64,000 nt of DNA, from positions 21,602 through 85,601 of the forward strand of contig LUCE01000010.1 of the NCBI GenBank assembly GCA_001593935.1. Direction: 5' to 3'. Positions 27,113 to 36,858 of the stretch are shown here, in pieces (the first letter of the stretch is position 1; each line of letters begins with the position of its first letter). The notes below the pieces were generated by a model. That model was not told where the DNA came from. It saw nothing but the letters and a program-made list of their open reading frames with translations, and ran no database searches. The position numbers were made by a program, and so were the translations under genes. The DNA comes from Candidatus Bathyarchaeota archaeon B26-2. GTDB lineage: Archaea > Thermoproteota > Bathyarchaeia > Bathyarchaeales > B26-1.

Positions 27113-29059
27113 TTAACCACCCATATAGTACGTGTGAGTTAGAGCCTTCTCCTTCTCGAGGGCGTCTTTAAGCCTCTCGTAGTTTCTTCTGAGGGTTCGG
27201 AGCTCCTTAATTTTACAGTCCGGATCTTTCAAGGCTTGGTATATGATTGCGCCTTCGGCGTTCTTGGGCACAGGGAACTCAGCCAAGTAACAGATCGTTG
27301 GAACTATATCCGTTAGCCAGACTGTTCTCTTTAGTATGTGGCCCTCCTTAACTCCGGGTCCAGCCATTATGAGAAGCCCCTTGAGGGAGCCGATTCCGTA
27401 GCCAACTGTGGTTAAGTGGGCTCCATGCTGTCCCCCGAACTCTTCGCGGAGAGCGAAGACTACGTCTCCGATTCTGTCGCCGTAGAGGCCTATAACTCTG
27501 GCGTCCTCCTTCCTCAAGGCGAAGATGACGGGCTTCAACCCGGTCTCTGGGTCTGTGTAATCGTATAGAGCCTTTATCACGGCGTCCTGAACCTTCCTGT
27601 AATCCTCTGGCGGAACTATCCCATCCGGGTCTCTACCCTTAAGGTTCACATATATGTAGCAGGACCTTTGAGGTATGGCTTTGGTTCTGCTCCAGTCGAC
27701 GACGCGCTCTCCATCAACATCCTTATATACTAAGAGCCCAGCGGCCTCCAAGACGGCTCTCGGGTCAAAACGGCGTCCGGAAGGCTTCGCCCCATGGTCG
27801 GACGTTATTATGACGAGAGCGTTCTCTCCGGCGGCCTCAACTATACGACCGATCATCCTGTCTAGACTCTGATAGAAGCCAACCTCAACCTTGCCGTAGA
27901 GCTCAGCCTCCTCCGGGCTTTTGGCGGTAGTTGGGTCTACTTTGTTGGCGAAGGCGTGGTAGGCCCAGTCTGGACAGTGGGCATGCATCGCGAAGAGGCT
28001 CCACTCGTGATTCTCCATGAGCCACTTCGCGGCATCGGCCAGCCATTCATGCTCCATGTCCACGAGCTCTAGGAAGGTCTCCTCGTCTATCCAGCCGAGG
28101 TTTAGAGCCCTAAAGTTCTCGTGGGCCGGCATGGGGAGGCCGTCTTTGGAGTCGACCTTCTCAACTATGCCGTCGGGTTTAGAGTTTCCGTGGAGCGCGC
28201 AGATCGGTGTGAGGAACACCCTAACATTTGAGCCGTCTCTCGAAAGTTCTAGGAGCTTAACCCTGAAGACCGCCTTGAAGTCCCCCCGTGAAGTCTTGAA
28301 GGTGTCAAATACCTTGCGGCTCCACTCTCCAACCCTCAACGCTGCGAAGGCATCCTTCAGGTTCTTCGTCTTTGAGATTGCTGCCACCTCAAAGCCTTCT
28401 CCGAAGTCCATTAGGAGAAGGTTCCACTTGACGGGCTCCACACTGAATTTGGACGACGGGAAGTCAACTTCAAGTTCGGCCTCTAGGCTTCTCTTCAGGT
28501 TCTGGGGGACGCCTTCCCAGCTCCCAGCCTCCCTCAGCGAGAATCTGTGTGCTAGGGGATACTCCTCCGTGGAGAAGAGTATACTCGTCGAGAGGGTGCA
28601 CGTCTTCCGTATCTCCGCGGGAACCTCGAACCTCCACTCGTTTATAGCAAGCCCGGCGCCTCCAACTTGAACGATACTGTCGCCGCCTCTAGGAGGCCAA
28701 GTCGAAGGATAATTCAGGACTATCGACTTCTTCCCGTCTCTGGCTATGGACTCCCAGAGATACTCGGCTTCACAGTCCCTAGAGTCGAAGGCGGGGTAGG
28801 TCTTGTCCAAGGGCATACCTGGCTTATGCATATTGAAGCACGTGACTCCGTGAGTTCCGATCCATGCACCCGTAACTATAGTCGTCCAGTTCGGAGGGGT
28901 TATGGTTGGGTGTGGCACTAAACAGTTCTCGGCGTAGACCCCCTTAGAGATGAGGTCTCTTATGTTTGGGAGCTTGCCCTCCATCGCGTATTTATATAAC
29001 CTCTCGGGTATCGGTGCGTCAAGCCCGATTATAACCACTTTGTCAGGCTTTGGAGACAT
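27113..29059 (-). CDS. Alkaline-phosphatase superfamily protein, type I phosphodiesterase / nucleotide pyrophosphatase (NPP)-like
   Basis: VVIIGLDA..., HPTITPPNWTTIVTG (Thr nucleophile context T-x-PN-x3-VTG) and ITSDHGA motifs. Confidence 0.8.
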   Translation of the reverse strand: MSPKPDKVVIIGLDAPIPERLYKYAMEGKLPNIRDLISKGVYAENCLVPHPTITPPNWTTIVTGAWIGTHGVTCFNMHKPGMPLDKTYPAFDSRDCEAEYLWESIARDGKKSIVLNYPSTWPPRGGDSIVQVGGAGLAINEWRFEVPAEIRKTCTLSTSILFSTEEYPLAHRFSLREAGSWEGVPQNLKRSLEAELEVDFPSSKFSVEPVKWNLLLMDFGEGFEVAAISKTKNLKDAFAALRVGEWSRKVFDTFKTSRGDFKAVFRVKLLELSRDGSNVRVFLTPICALHGNSKPDGIVEKVDSKDGLPMPAHENFRALNLGWIDEETFLELVDMEHEWLADAAKWLMENHEWSLFAMHAHCPDWAYHAFANKVDPTTAKSPEEAELYGKVEVGFYQSLDRMIGRIVEAAGENALVIITSDHGAKPSGRRFDPRAVLEAAGLLVYKDVDGERVVDWSRTKAIPQRSCYIYVNLKGRDPDGIVPPEDYRKVQDAVIKALYDYTDPETGLKPVIFALRKEDARVIGLYGDRIGDVVFALREEFGGQHGAHLTTVGYGIGSLKGLLIMAGPGVKEGHILKRTVWLTDIVPTICYLAEFPVPKNAEGAIIYQALKDPDCKIKELRTLRRNYERLKDALEKEKALTHTYYMGG

Positions 29060-29200
29060 GTATCTAAGTGGCCCTCTAATGGTTTTAATTCTTTCTACAA
29101 GGGGGAAAATGCGTCGAGACTCTTTTCATCTTGGAGCTACTTTGAGAAGTTTTATCAGAGCCTTTGGGACCTTATCTGACGGGTATAGGGTTCTTGAGGG

Positions 29201-31321
29201 TTGAGGCGGATGAGGAAGGATAGATGGTGGGAAGAGCCATCTTCATTCTTCAATTACGGGAGACAGGAGACATACACCTTCGATTCTGTGAAGATGGCTG
29301 AGAACCTTAAGGAGACTGGCTGCGACGCAACCCACGTTAGGGTTTTGGGTGGACACTTAAACGATAGGAAGATCTATTTCAAGTCGAGACTCGCCAAGAA
29401 GACCAATAAGGACCAGCTTGGAGAACTCTTGCCTGAACTCCATAAGAGAGGAATCAAGGCGGTAATCTACTTTAACGTACACTGCGTCGAGTCTGAGTTT
29501 GCTGAGGAACACCCTGACTGGAGACACGTCACTGAGGATGGAAAGTTCAAGGAGGGGGTGTACCTCACGGACTCTAGCTTCTGCGTGAACTCGCCTTGGA
29601 GAGAATGGGTCTTCCAAGCGTTAAGAGACCTACTTAAGTACGATATAGACGGCATATTCTTTGACGGTCCGAACTTCTGGCCGGACTGCTGCTACTGCGA
29701 ACACTGCCGGAGAAAGTTTAAGGCTAAGTTCGGAAAGGACCTACCTCCGAAGAGCGATAGGAAGAACCCCCTCTTCCCGAAACTCATAGAGTTTCAGATA
29801 GAGAGCATAGCCGAGTTTGTAGAAGACTGCAAGCGGATCATAAAGGAGAATAATCCTAACGTCCTCTTCTACCGGAATGTGGGGAACATCCTCGCCTCCA
29901 AGTGGGTTCTAGCGGTTGACCCGAGAAGCCTAATCAAGCATTTTGATATGCTGGGTGCTGAAGGAGGGTTCCTCTATCGAGACCTCTACAATAAGCCGGT
30001 CTGGATTGCTGGAGCTATGGCTAAACTCTTAGAGACCCAAACCGATGGGAAGCCCTACCTGATACATAGCACGATCGTCCATAAGCCTTGGGGCTACGTT
30101 ATGCTTCCCAAACCAGAGGTGAGGCTTCTCTACGCCGAGACCATCGCTCATGGAGCATACCCATGGTTCGGCTTCCGTTATGGGTTCGAACCGGAGGTCA
30201 AAGAAGACCTCGAAGAGATCAAGGAGCTGAATAGGTTCTTCAAGAGGAACAAGGAGTATTACGGCGGAACGGAGTCTGTAGCGAGGGTTGCCCTCCTCTG
30301 GCCGGTCAAGACGATAAACTTCCATCCTACGGTTCACATTCCTGAGATGGACTTCACCCAACGGAGAGTGGAGGCCGAGGCTGTCGGAGACCCAACCAAG
30401 GCGACATTCGGCTTCTACGAGATTCTCGTCCGGTCGCATATCCCCTTCGACCTCATCGATGAGCCGGCCTTGACCAGAGAGAAGATGAGCAAGTACGACC
30501 TGCTGATACTGCCCAACGCAACATGCCTATCAAGGGACGACGTAGAGAACATCCGGAGCTTTGTACGTCGCGGAGGCAACCTCATAGCTACCTTTGAGAC
30601 CTCACACTTCACCGAGTACGGAGAAAAGCTGAACGACTTTCTCTTGAACGATGTCTTCGGAGTTAAATCAGAAGACGAGCTCTTAGGTCCGTTAAACCTA
30701 GATTATGCTACTTTCTCTTCTGGGAAAGGGCGCCACCCCGTCTTTAGGGGACTCACCAAGAGATGGTTTCCGGCTCCCAAGTACGGAGTGAAGGTGAATC
30801 TCATAACTGGAGTTCGGTTGATGGAGTTCTGTGAGAGACAACGGGGGCTTTCAGGTGCGCAGAGACCGCCAACCCTACCGTCTGAACCGGACCCCTTAAT
30901 TGTGACTAACAAGTATGGCGAGGGCACATGCTTCTACTTCGCTGGGAACGTAGGCGAGGAGTACTGGAACTACCGCCATCCACAGTATAGACATCTCCTA
31001 GAGAACTGCATAAACCTTCACAGCGAGAAGGTTATAGAGCTGAAGAACGCCCCCTCATCAGTAGAGGTTGTAGTGCGTAAACAAGAGGACCATGCGAGAT
31101 GGATTATCCACCTCATCAACTTCACCGGGGAGATGACTAGACCCATAGAACAGATAACGCCCCTACACCAACTGGAAGTAAGACTCTACGGCTTAAGAGA
31201 CGTAAAGCGCGTGAAGGCTCTCAGATTGAATCGAGAACTAAGGTACAGTCTAAGTGCGACAGCCTTGGAGTTCGTCTTGCCCCTACTCAACGAGTATGAG
31301 GCGATTCTCATAGAAGAGTGA
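29201..31321 (+). CDS. GHL6-like hypothetical glycoside hydrolase (GH42-related TIM barrel + trimerisation-like domain)
   Basis: FCVNSPWREW...DGIFFDGP...PDCCYCEHCRRKFKAKFG (CxCxxC as in the GH42 Zn site). C-terminal LLILPNA...IRSFVRRGGNLIATFE resembles the class-I-GATase-like GH42M domain. Paralog of 37605..39794. The likely ATG is at 29210. Confidence 0.65.
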   Translation: MRRMRKDRWWEEPSSFFNYGRQETYTFDSVKMAENLKETGCDATHVRVLGGHLNDRKIYFKSRLAKKTNKDQLGELLPELHKRGIKAVIYFNVHCVESEFAEEHPDWRHVTEDGKFKEGVYLTDSSFCVNSPWREWVFQALRDLLKYDIDGIFFDGPNFWPDCCYCEHCRRKFKAKFGKDLPPKSDRKNPLFPKLIEFQIESIAEFVEDCKRIIKENNPNVLFYRNVGNILASKWVLAVDPRSLIKHFDMLGAEGGFLYRDLYNKPVWIAGAMAKLLETQTDGKPYLIHSTIVHKPWGYVMLPKPEVRLLYAETIAHGAYPWFGFRYGFEPEVKEDLEEIKELNRFFKRNKEYYGGTESVARVALLWPVKTINFHPTVHIPEMDFTQRRVEAEAVGDPTKATFGFYEILVRSHIPFDLIDEPALTREKMSKYDLLILPNATCLSRDDVENIRSFVRRGGNLIATFETSHFTEYGEKLNDFLLNDVFGVKSEDELLGPLNLDYATFSSGKGRHPVFRGLTKRWFPAPKYGVKVNLITGVRLMEFCERQRGLSGAQRPPTLPSEPDPLIVTNKYGEGTCFYFAGNVGEEYWNYRHPQYRHLLENCINLHSEKVIELKNAPSSVEVVVRKQEDHARWIIHLINFTGEMTRPIEQITPLHQLEVRLYGLRDVKRVKALRLNRELRYSLSATALEFVLPLLNEYEAILIEE

Positions 31322-31447
31322 TACATCGGACCTTTTTGGCCAGTGGTCTCTTATGTCATCTTCTTTAATTTCACACAACTGTTGGATGCATCTGTGAGAA
31401 AAGGCTTTAACGATATAGGTCGATCATAGGTTGGAGGTTGATCTCGG

Positions 31448-32176
31448 ATGATAATCGATGCTCACGCCCACATCTCATGTTGGGAGGAGCTCGGAATCTC
31501 CGGAGATGCCGACTATGTCGTGGAGCTGATGGACCTCCACGGGATAGATAAGGCATGCGTATCTGACTCGAGGTCTCTACGTTACGACTTCGTCCAAGGA
31601 AACGATGGGATACTACGTGCCGTGAGGAGGTATCCTGACCGCATCTTGGGGTACGTGACAGTAAATCCTTGGCATGGGGAGGAAGCCCTCAAGGAGTTTA
31701 GACGCCGAATCTTGGAGGACGGTATGGTCGGTTTGAAGCTCCACGTCAGCCACACAAGGGTGAATTATCACAGTCCCCTCTGCGACCCACTTCTTGAGGA
31801 AGCCTCGGACCTAGAAGTTCCGGTCCTCATCCACTGTTACGATGGAGGAGCGAGCGCCGACAAGGCCGCGAGTAAACACCCCAGAGTCAAACTCATACTT
31901 GGGCATATGGGTGGACCGGACTGGTTCGACGCCATAATGGTCGCTAAAAGACATCCGAACATATACTTAGAGATATGCTCCTCAGTAATGGAACGAGGCA
32001 TAATCGAGACCGCTGTTAGGCACATAGGAGCGGAACGAGTACTCTTCGGAACGGATATGCCGCTGCTAGACCCTGTGGTTTCGGTCTACAAGGTTAGGGA
32101 TGCCGAGATAACCGAGCGGGAGAAGAGGTTGATCCTCGGAGAGAATATGGCCAGAATCCTCAACTTGGAGGCTTAG
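31448..32176 (+). CDS. Amidohydrolase_2-family metal-dependent hydrolase (TIM barrel)
   Basis: MIIDAHAHI (HxH), ...LKLH..., ILGHMGG, FGTDMP motifs. Confidence 0.8.
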   Translation: MIIDAHAHISCWEELGISGDADYVVELMDLHGIDKACVSDSRSLRYDFVQGNDGILRAVRRYPDRILGYVTVNPWHGEEALKEFRRRILEDGMVGLKLHVSHTRVNYHSPLCDPLLEEASDLEVPVLIHCYDGGASADKAASKHPRVKLILGHMGGPDWFDAIMVAKRHPNIYLEICSSVMERGIIETAVRHIGAERVLFGTDMPLLDPVVSVYKVRDAEITEREKRLILGENMARILNLEA

Positions 32177-32178
32177 AG

Positions 32179-32934
32179 ATGATCGACGCCAACGCGTACT
32201 TCGGCGGATGGGCTGTGAGGACCCTCGGAGTTAGGGACCCAGCCGAGTTCTTGGCTGCCATGGATAGGTGCGGCATAGACGTAGCCGTGGTGTCATCGTT
32301 GAAAGGTATGGTCCACAACACTAGGGACGGCAACGAAGAGGTAATCGATCTCGTCGAGGCATATCCTTCGAGGTTCATCGGCCTCTGCTGCGTCAACCCT
32401 AGGCTGGGAGCAGAAGAAATCCTAACGGAGCTCGATAGGTGCCTCCGATCAGGACTGAGGGGAGTCAGGTTGTATCCTCCACCCCAGCTATACGACCTAG
32501 ACGACTGGGAGCTGATGGAACCCTTGATGGAGGAGGCTGAACGTAGGGGCGTACCCGTGTACGTTACTAAGATGCTTACTCATGGCATTCCGTACGGGAC
32601 GACGCCCTTCAGAAGCATTAAGTCCTTCGTGGAGAGGTATAAGGGCGTGAACATAGTTGCTACCGGGATGAACTACCGGGATAGGCTGGATGCTCTCAGA
32701 CTTCTCCGAAAAGCCGAAAACTTCTATGTGGAGCTGTCGTTAGACTCGGGGGTTGAGGCGGCCCGCTGGTACGTTGAGAAGGCGGGCTCAGACAGGATAC
32801 TGATGGGAACCGGGTACTGCCTCTTCTATCCCCTAGTGGGCGTAGCCAAAGTCTCAACGGCGAGGATACCGGAGGAGGATAAACGGAAGATCCTCCACGA
32901 GAACGCGGCTAGACTCTTCTCTCTGGAAAGGTGA
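32179..32934 (+). CDS. Amidohydrolase_2-family paralog with degenerate first metal motif
   Basis: Begins 3 nt after the upstream paralog. MIDANAYFG replaces HxH, and MGTGYCLFYP replaces FGTD. Confidence 0.7.
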   Translation: MIDANAYFGGWAVRTLGVRDPAEFLAAMDRCGIDVAVVSSLKGMVHNTRDGNEEVIDLVEAYPSRFIGLCCVNPRLGAEEILTELDRCLRSGLRGVRLYPPPQLYDLDDWELMEPLMEEAERRGVPVYVTKMLTHGIPYGTTPFRSIKSFVERYKGVNIVATGMNYRDRLDALRLLRKAENFYVELSLDSGVEAARWYVEKAGSDRILMGTGYCLFYPLVGVAKVSTARIPEEDKRKILHENAARLFSLER

Positions 32935-33009
32935 CGAAAGAGTAATAAACCGAAGACTGGCCATCTTACTCGTTGAGACTCTTTATCTGTCAGAAGAGGA
33001 GGAGTCTAG

Positions 33010-34053
33010 ATGGGAGATCTGGTTGAGATTAGAGGAGTAGATATCCATCCGTCAGCGCTCTTCGGCACCGACCCTGAAGAGGGACCGCGGAGGGTCGCCG
33101 AGATCGTTAGGTTGGCAGCCGAGAGGAACCTCAACTTTCTACGTCCCTTCGTGGTTGGAACCAGATGCAACGCATCCTACGAGAGTAGGATAGTTCCGGT
33201 GAAGGAGTTTGAAGGGTGGGACCCTTTGAAGGTTCTCATAGACGAGGCGCACAAGAGAGGGCTTGAGGTTCATCCATTCATCTGTGTTGTCCCCCAAGGT
33301 GTAGAGAAGCTCGGCCAGCCCTTACTCCAACATCCGGAGTGGGCCATGGTCAAGAGAGACGGCCGTGTTATAGGCTGGGGTAATCCGGCTCATCCCGAGT
33401 TCAGAAGATACGTGAAGAGCATAGTTCTGGAGGTTGCCGAGAACTACGACGTCGACGGCCTCAGCTTCGACTATCTACGTTACCCAGGCCGGGACGTCGA
33501 CTACTCCGAGTATAGTCGCGAGAGGTTCAAGGAGGAGTACGGTGTCGACCCGTTGGACTTGACTGAGGGGAGCCAGCTCTACGAGGCTTGGAGGCTTTGG
33601 AGAGTTAAGCAGACGGCCACCCTCATGGAGGAGATACATGAAGCCGTCAAGAAAGTGAAGCCCGAGATTCTCCTCTCAGCATATGTCTGGACCGTGAGGG
33701 ACCCCTACATCTGCTTGAGAGATTGGGTGGACTGGGTTAGGAAAGGATACCTAGACGCCATAAACCCGACTGGATACGTATACGACTACAGAGAGTATAT
33801 GGACCGGTGTCGAACGTCCATAAAAGCCGCTAAAGAGGCGAATCCGGAGGTTCCAGTGTTCATCAACGTCGGAGTCTACACGAGCCATGGGAGGCTTCGA
33901 GACGCCTCCCAAGTGATCAAGTGGACTGAGGGAGCTCGGGAGGCTGGAGCTGACGGAGTAAGCTTCTTCACGATGAAGACTCTGATGCCGTACCTGAAAG
34001 AGGTCTCCGAAGCCCTCTTCAGAGATAAGGCCAAGGTTCCACGTCCGGCATAG
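33010..34053 (+). CDS. GHL10-like (DUF187/YngK-type) hypothetical glycoside hydrolase TIM barrel
   Basis: NPAHPEFRRY...ENYDVDGLSFDYLRYPG...RERFKEEYGVDP motif set typical of glycosyl-hydrolase-like family 10. Confidence 0.65.
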   Translation: MGDLVEIRGVDIHPSALFGTDPEEGPRRVAEIVRLAAERNLNFLRPFVVGTRCNASYESRIVPVKEFEGWDPLKVLIDEAHKRGLEVHPFICVVPQGVEKLGQPLLQHPEWAMVKRDGRVIGWGNPAHPEFRRYVKSIVLEVAENYDVDGLSFDYLRYPGRDVDYSEYSRERFKEEYGVDPLDLTEGSQLYEAWRLWRVKQTATLMEEIHEAVKKVKPEILLSAYVWTVRDPYICLRDWVDWVRKGYLDAINPTGYVYDYREYMDRCRTSIKAAKEANPEVPVFINVGVYTSHGRLRDASQVIKWTEGAREAGADGVSFFTMKTLMPYLKEVSEALFRDKAKVPRPA

Positions 34054-34071
34054 GCTGAATGGATGGAAGCC

Positions 34072-34893
34072 TCATCCAACATAACTGCTCAGGAGCTTGA
34101 GGCTCCTTTCCACTCCTCTCCGCGGGTCCTCCCTACCCTCGTACTCTAGGCTTACCCAGCCTTTGAACCCTACTCTACGGAGGATATTGAAGACTCTGTC
34201 GTAGTCTATCTTGAGGGTGTACCATTCTCCCCCTCCAAAGTAGGTTTTTGCATGCACCATAACCGTGTGGGGAGCTATGGCCTCAAGCTGCCCGTAGATG
34301 TCCCCCAAGAAGTTTCCGGTGTCCATTAATGCGCCGACCCAATCTGAGTTCACCCCCTTAAGAATCTTGAGGACCCCTTCCGCGTTCCTCGTTAAGCCCC
34401 AGTGGTTCTCCAAGGCCAAGATCACGCCGTACTCCTCCGCCTTCGGGACGAGTCTTCTCAAGGACTCTATAACCCAGTTGAAGGCGTCCTCCTCCGTGTA
34501 GCCCTCTATCGGAGGCTCAAGCCCCTTCCTCTCCATCAGCTCGTCGAAGCTCTTCACAGTTCTCCACCGGCCTGAGTTAACCCTTATGGCCTTCGCGCCG
34601 AGCTTCGCCGCAACTCCTATCCACTTAGAAACCTTCTCGACCTCACGGTCTCTCTCCCTCGCCGAGGGATGGACGAAGTTGTTGTGGATGGCGACCGCGT
34701 ATATATCGAGCCCAAGCTCGAAGGCCCTCCTCTTAACCGAACTCAAGTAGCCTGGTTTTAAGCCCTCAACATGTTCCTCAAGAACCTCAACCCCTTGGAA
34801 TCCGATTCGCCAAGCCTCCTCCATGTACTCGACCAGCGGCCTCTTCGGTCCCTTGAAGTGCCAGAAGGAGTATGTCGAGCATCCAAGTCTCAC
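34072..34893 (-). CDS. Sugar phosphate isomerase/epimerase (xylose isomerase-like TIM barrel)
   Basis: MRLGCSTYSFW..., GFQGVEV, LALENHWG, DTGNF motifs of the AP-endonuclease-2 / xylose-isomerase-like family. Confidence 0.8.
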   Translation of the reverse strand: MRLGCSTYSFWHFKGPKRPLVEYMEEAWRIGFQGVEVLEEHVEGLKPGYLSSVKRRAFELGLDIYAVAIHNNFVHPSARERDREVEKVSKWIGVAAKLGAKAIRVNSGRWRTVKSFDELMERKGLEPPIEGYTEEDAFNWVIESLRRLVPKAEEYGVILALENHWGLTRNAEGVLKILKGVNSDWVGALMDTGNFLGDIYGQLEAIAPHTVMVHAKTYFGGGEWYTLKIDYDRVFNILRRVGFKGWVSLEYEGREDPRRGVERSLKLLSSYVG

Positions 34894-34920
34894 GAGTTAG
34901 ACCTCCTTCGCCTTCTCCGC

Positions 34921-35973
34921 TTACACCTTGTCAAGCTCAACAAGGTCCTCATCCGTGAGCGCACTGTTAGAGAATATGGTTATACCGTTGGCTCCTTCAC
35001 TCTTGAACGCCTCGGCTTGAGCCCGAACCTCCTCTGGCGAGAGGATCGATTGACTTGACCTCTTGCCGAGGCCCTCGTATATGGTTGCGCCACCGCCGAC
35101 CGCTGCCCTATGGTTCTTGGCCAAGTAACGGGCGACCTTCAGATCGTACTCGTAGGTCATGGGACAGATGAAGTCGACGAGGCCTTCGTCGACCCATCTT
35201 GGCCAGTCCTGCCCGACTGCGACTAGGCACCGGGGGTAATCCTTGAAGACTGCCGCTGAGAGAACTGTCTCAGGACTTATCCGACGCATCTCTAGCCTTA
35301 ACTCCTCGACGAAGCTCGTTATGTTCTGGGCTCTCCACTGAACCCAGAGTGAACGTGCGTGATTCGGCTTTTCGATCTCCTTCGGGTCTATCCCGTATAA
35401 TCCTTTGAAAACCTCTCTGCAATGGTTGCAGAGGCATCCCTCAGCCTCTTCGGGATACCTTATGTAGTCCAGCTGAACGCCATCAACGTCATAATTCTCA
35501 ACGACTTCAAGTATGAGGTTCTTCTCGTGAGTTCGAACCTCCTCCTTTGCGGGGTCGGCCCACCTCAGAATCGGCTTCAGCTTCTCAACGGAAGGAACTG
35601 AAGGGGGGCCTCTGAACCTCCCGATCTGCACCAAGTCCATATGTTTGGAGAGCCAATACCCGGGTTCAGAGGGGACCCCCCAACCCTTCCAAGTTCCTTC
35701 GCAGAAGACTACGAAGGTTGCGTGGACCTCGATTCCCATCTGGTGGGCAACCTTAACGGTCTCTTCTAGGGGGTCTCCACCCTCCCACCCTTCCATAGCG
35801 AATCGGGCCTCGTGCTTAGTTGGGTAGATCACGTCGCCGCGGCTCTTCACGAAGAGGAAGGCCTTTGAGAAGCCGTGGTCTCTCAGCCTCGAGAAGGTCT
35901 TGACCACGTCCTCAACGGAGTTACCTAAGTCACCCCAATGCATCCAGACGGACTTTACAAACATGGCTACCAC
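34921..35973 (-). CDS. GHL10-like hypothetical glycoside hydrolase TIM barrel (paralog of 33010..34053)
   Basis: ENYDVDGVQLDYIRYPEEAEGCLCNHCREVFKGLYGIDP, which includes a CxCxxC motif. GTG start at 35973, or ATG at 35964. Confidence 0.65.
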   Translation of the reverse strand: MVAMFVKSVWMHWGDLGNSVEDVVKTFSRLRDHGFSKAFLFVKSRGDVIYPTKHEARFAMEGWEGGDPLEETVKVAHQMGIEVHATFVVFCEGTWKGWGVPSEPGYWLSKHMDLVQIGRFRGPPSVPSVEKLKPILRWADPAKEEVRTHEKNLILEVVENYDVDGVQLDYIRYPEEAEGCLCNHCREVFKGLYGIDPKEIEKPNHARSLWVQWRAQNITSFVEELRLEMRRISPETVLSAAVFKDYPRCLVAVGQDWPRWVDEGLVDFICPMTYEYDLKVARYLAKNHRAAVGGGATIYEGLGKRSSQSILSPEEVRAQAEAFKSEGANGITIFSNSALTDEDLVELDKV

Positions 35974-36326
35974 TCACTAGCAATTAACGGCTTTCCGTTC
36001 ATAAGCATTCTCCTAAGTCTTGCGGATCATCAAGGCTCGACCGGGAATGCTATACTTCTCCAATCTGAGACTTGCGTGAAGCCGTCCTCTACTAGGCGGG
36101 CCTTCGATGCGCTGTGCAACTTGAGAAAGACACTATGCTCGTCTACTACGCCGTAGCGAATAGTCTTTAGAAAGTAAGATAGGGAAGAGAGATACAAGCA
36201 ATATGTGTAGAACACAGCCACTTATACAGGATTCAGCAACTCGCTTTATGATCAGGAAGGGCTTGGAGACCACCCTACAAAAAAGAAACTTTAATATCCT
36301 TTTCGGCCCATTAGTTCTATGGTTAG

Positions 36327-36644
<318 letters not shown>

Positions 36645-36858
36645 AGAAACCTCACCAAACTTTGATGTACCGTTAAACTCCCTTTTTATCATCAACACCA
36701 GAGCCTTAAGTGGACGTTGACCCAGACCTAATTGTGTCGTGGAGTTAAGAAGCAACGGTACCATCATTCTCGCTGAATTTTACAACAAAAAATACGCACT
36801 TTTGATATAGAGATTGATGGAGTTACATATATCGAATAAAAAGGTTGATGGTTTGGGT

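Noticed and set aside
28017-28670. 217-aa ORF antisense to the AlkP-family gene. Similar antisense ORFs occur at 49634..50218, 53852..54352 and 63279..63878.
   Set aside because: All lie inside confidently assigned genes on the opposite strand and have Ser/Arg/Pro-rich shadow-frame composition.
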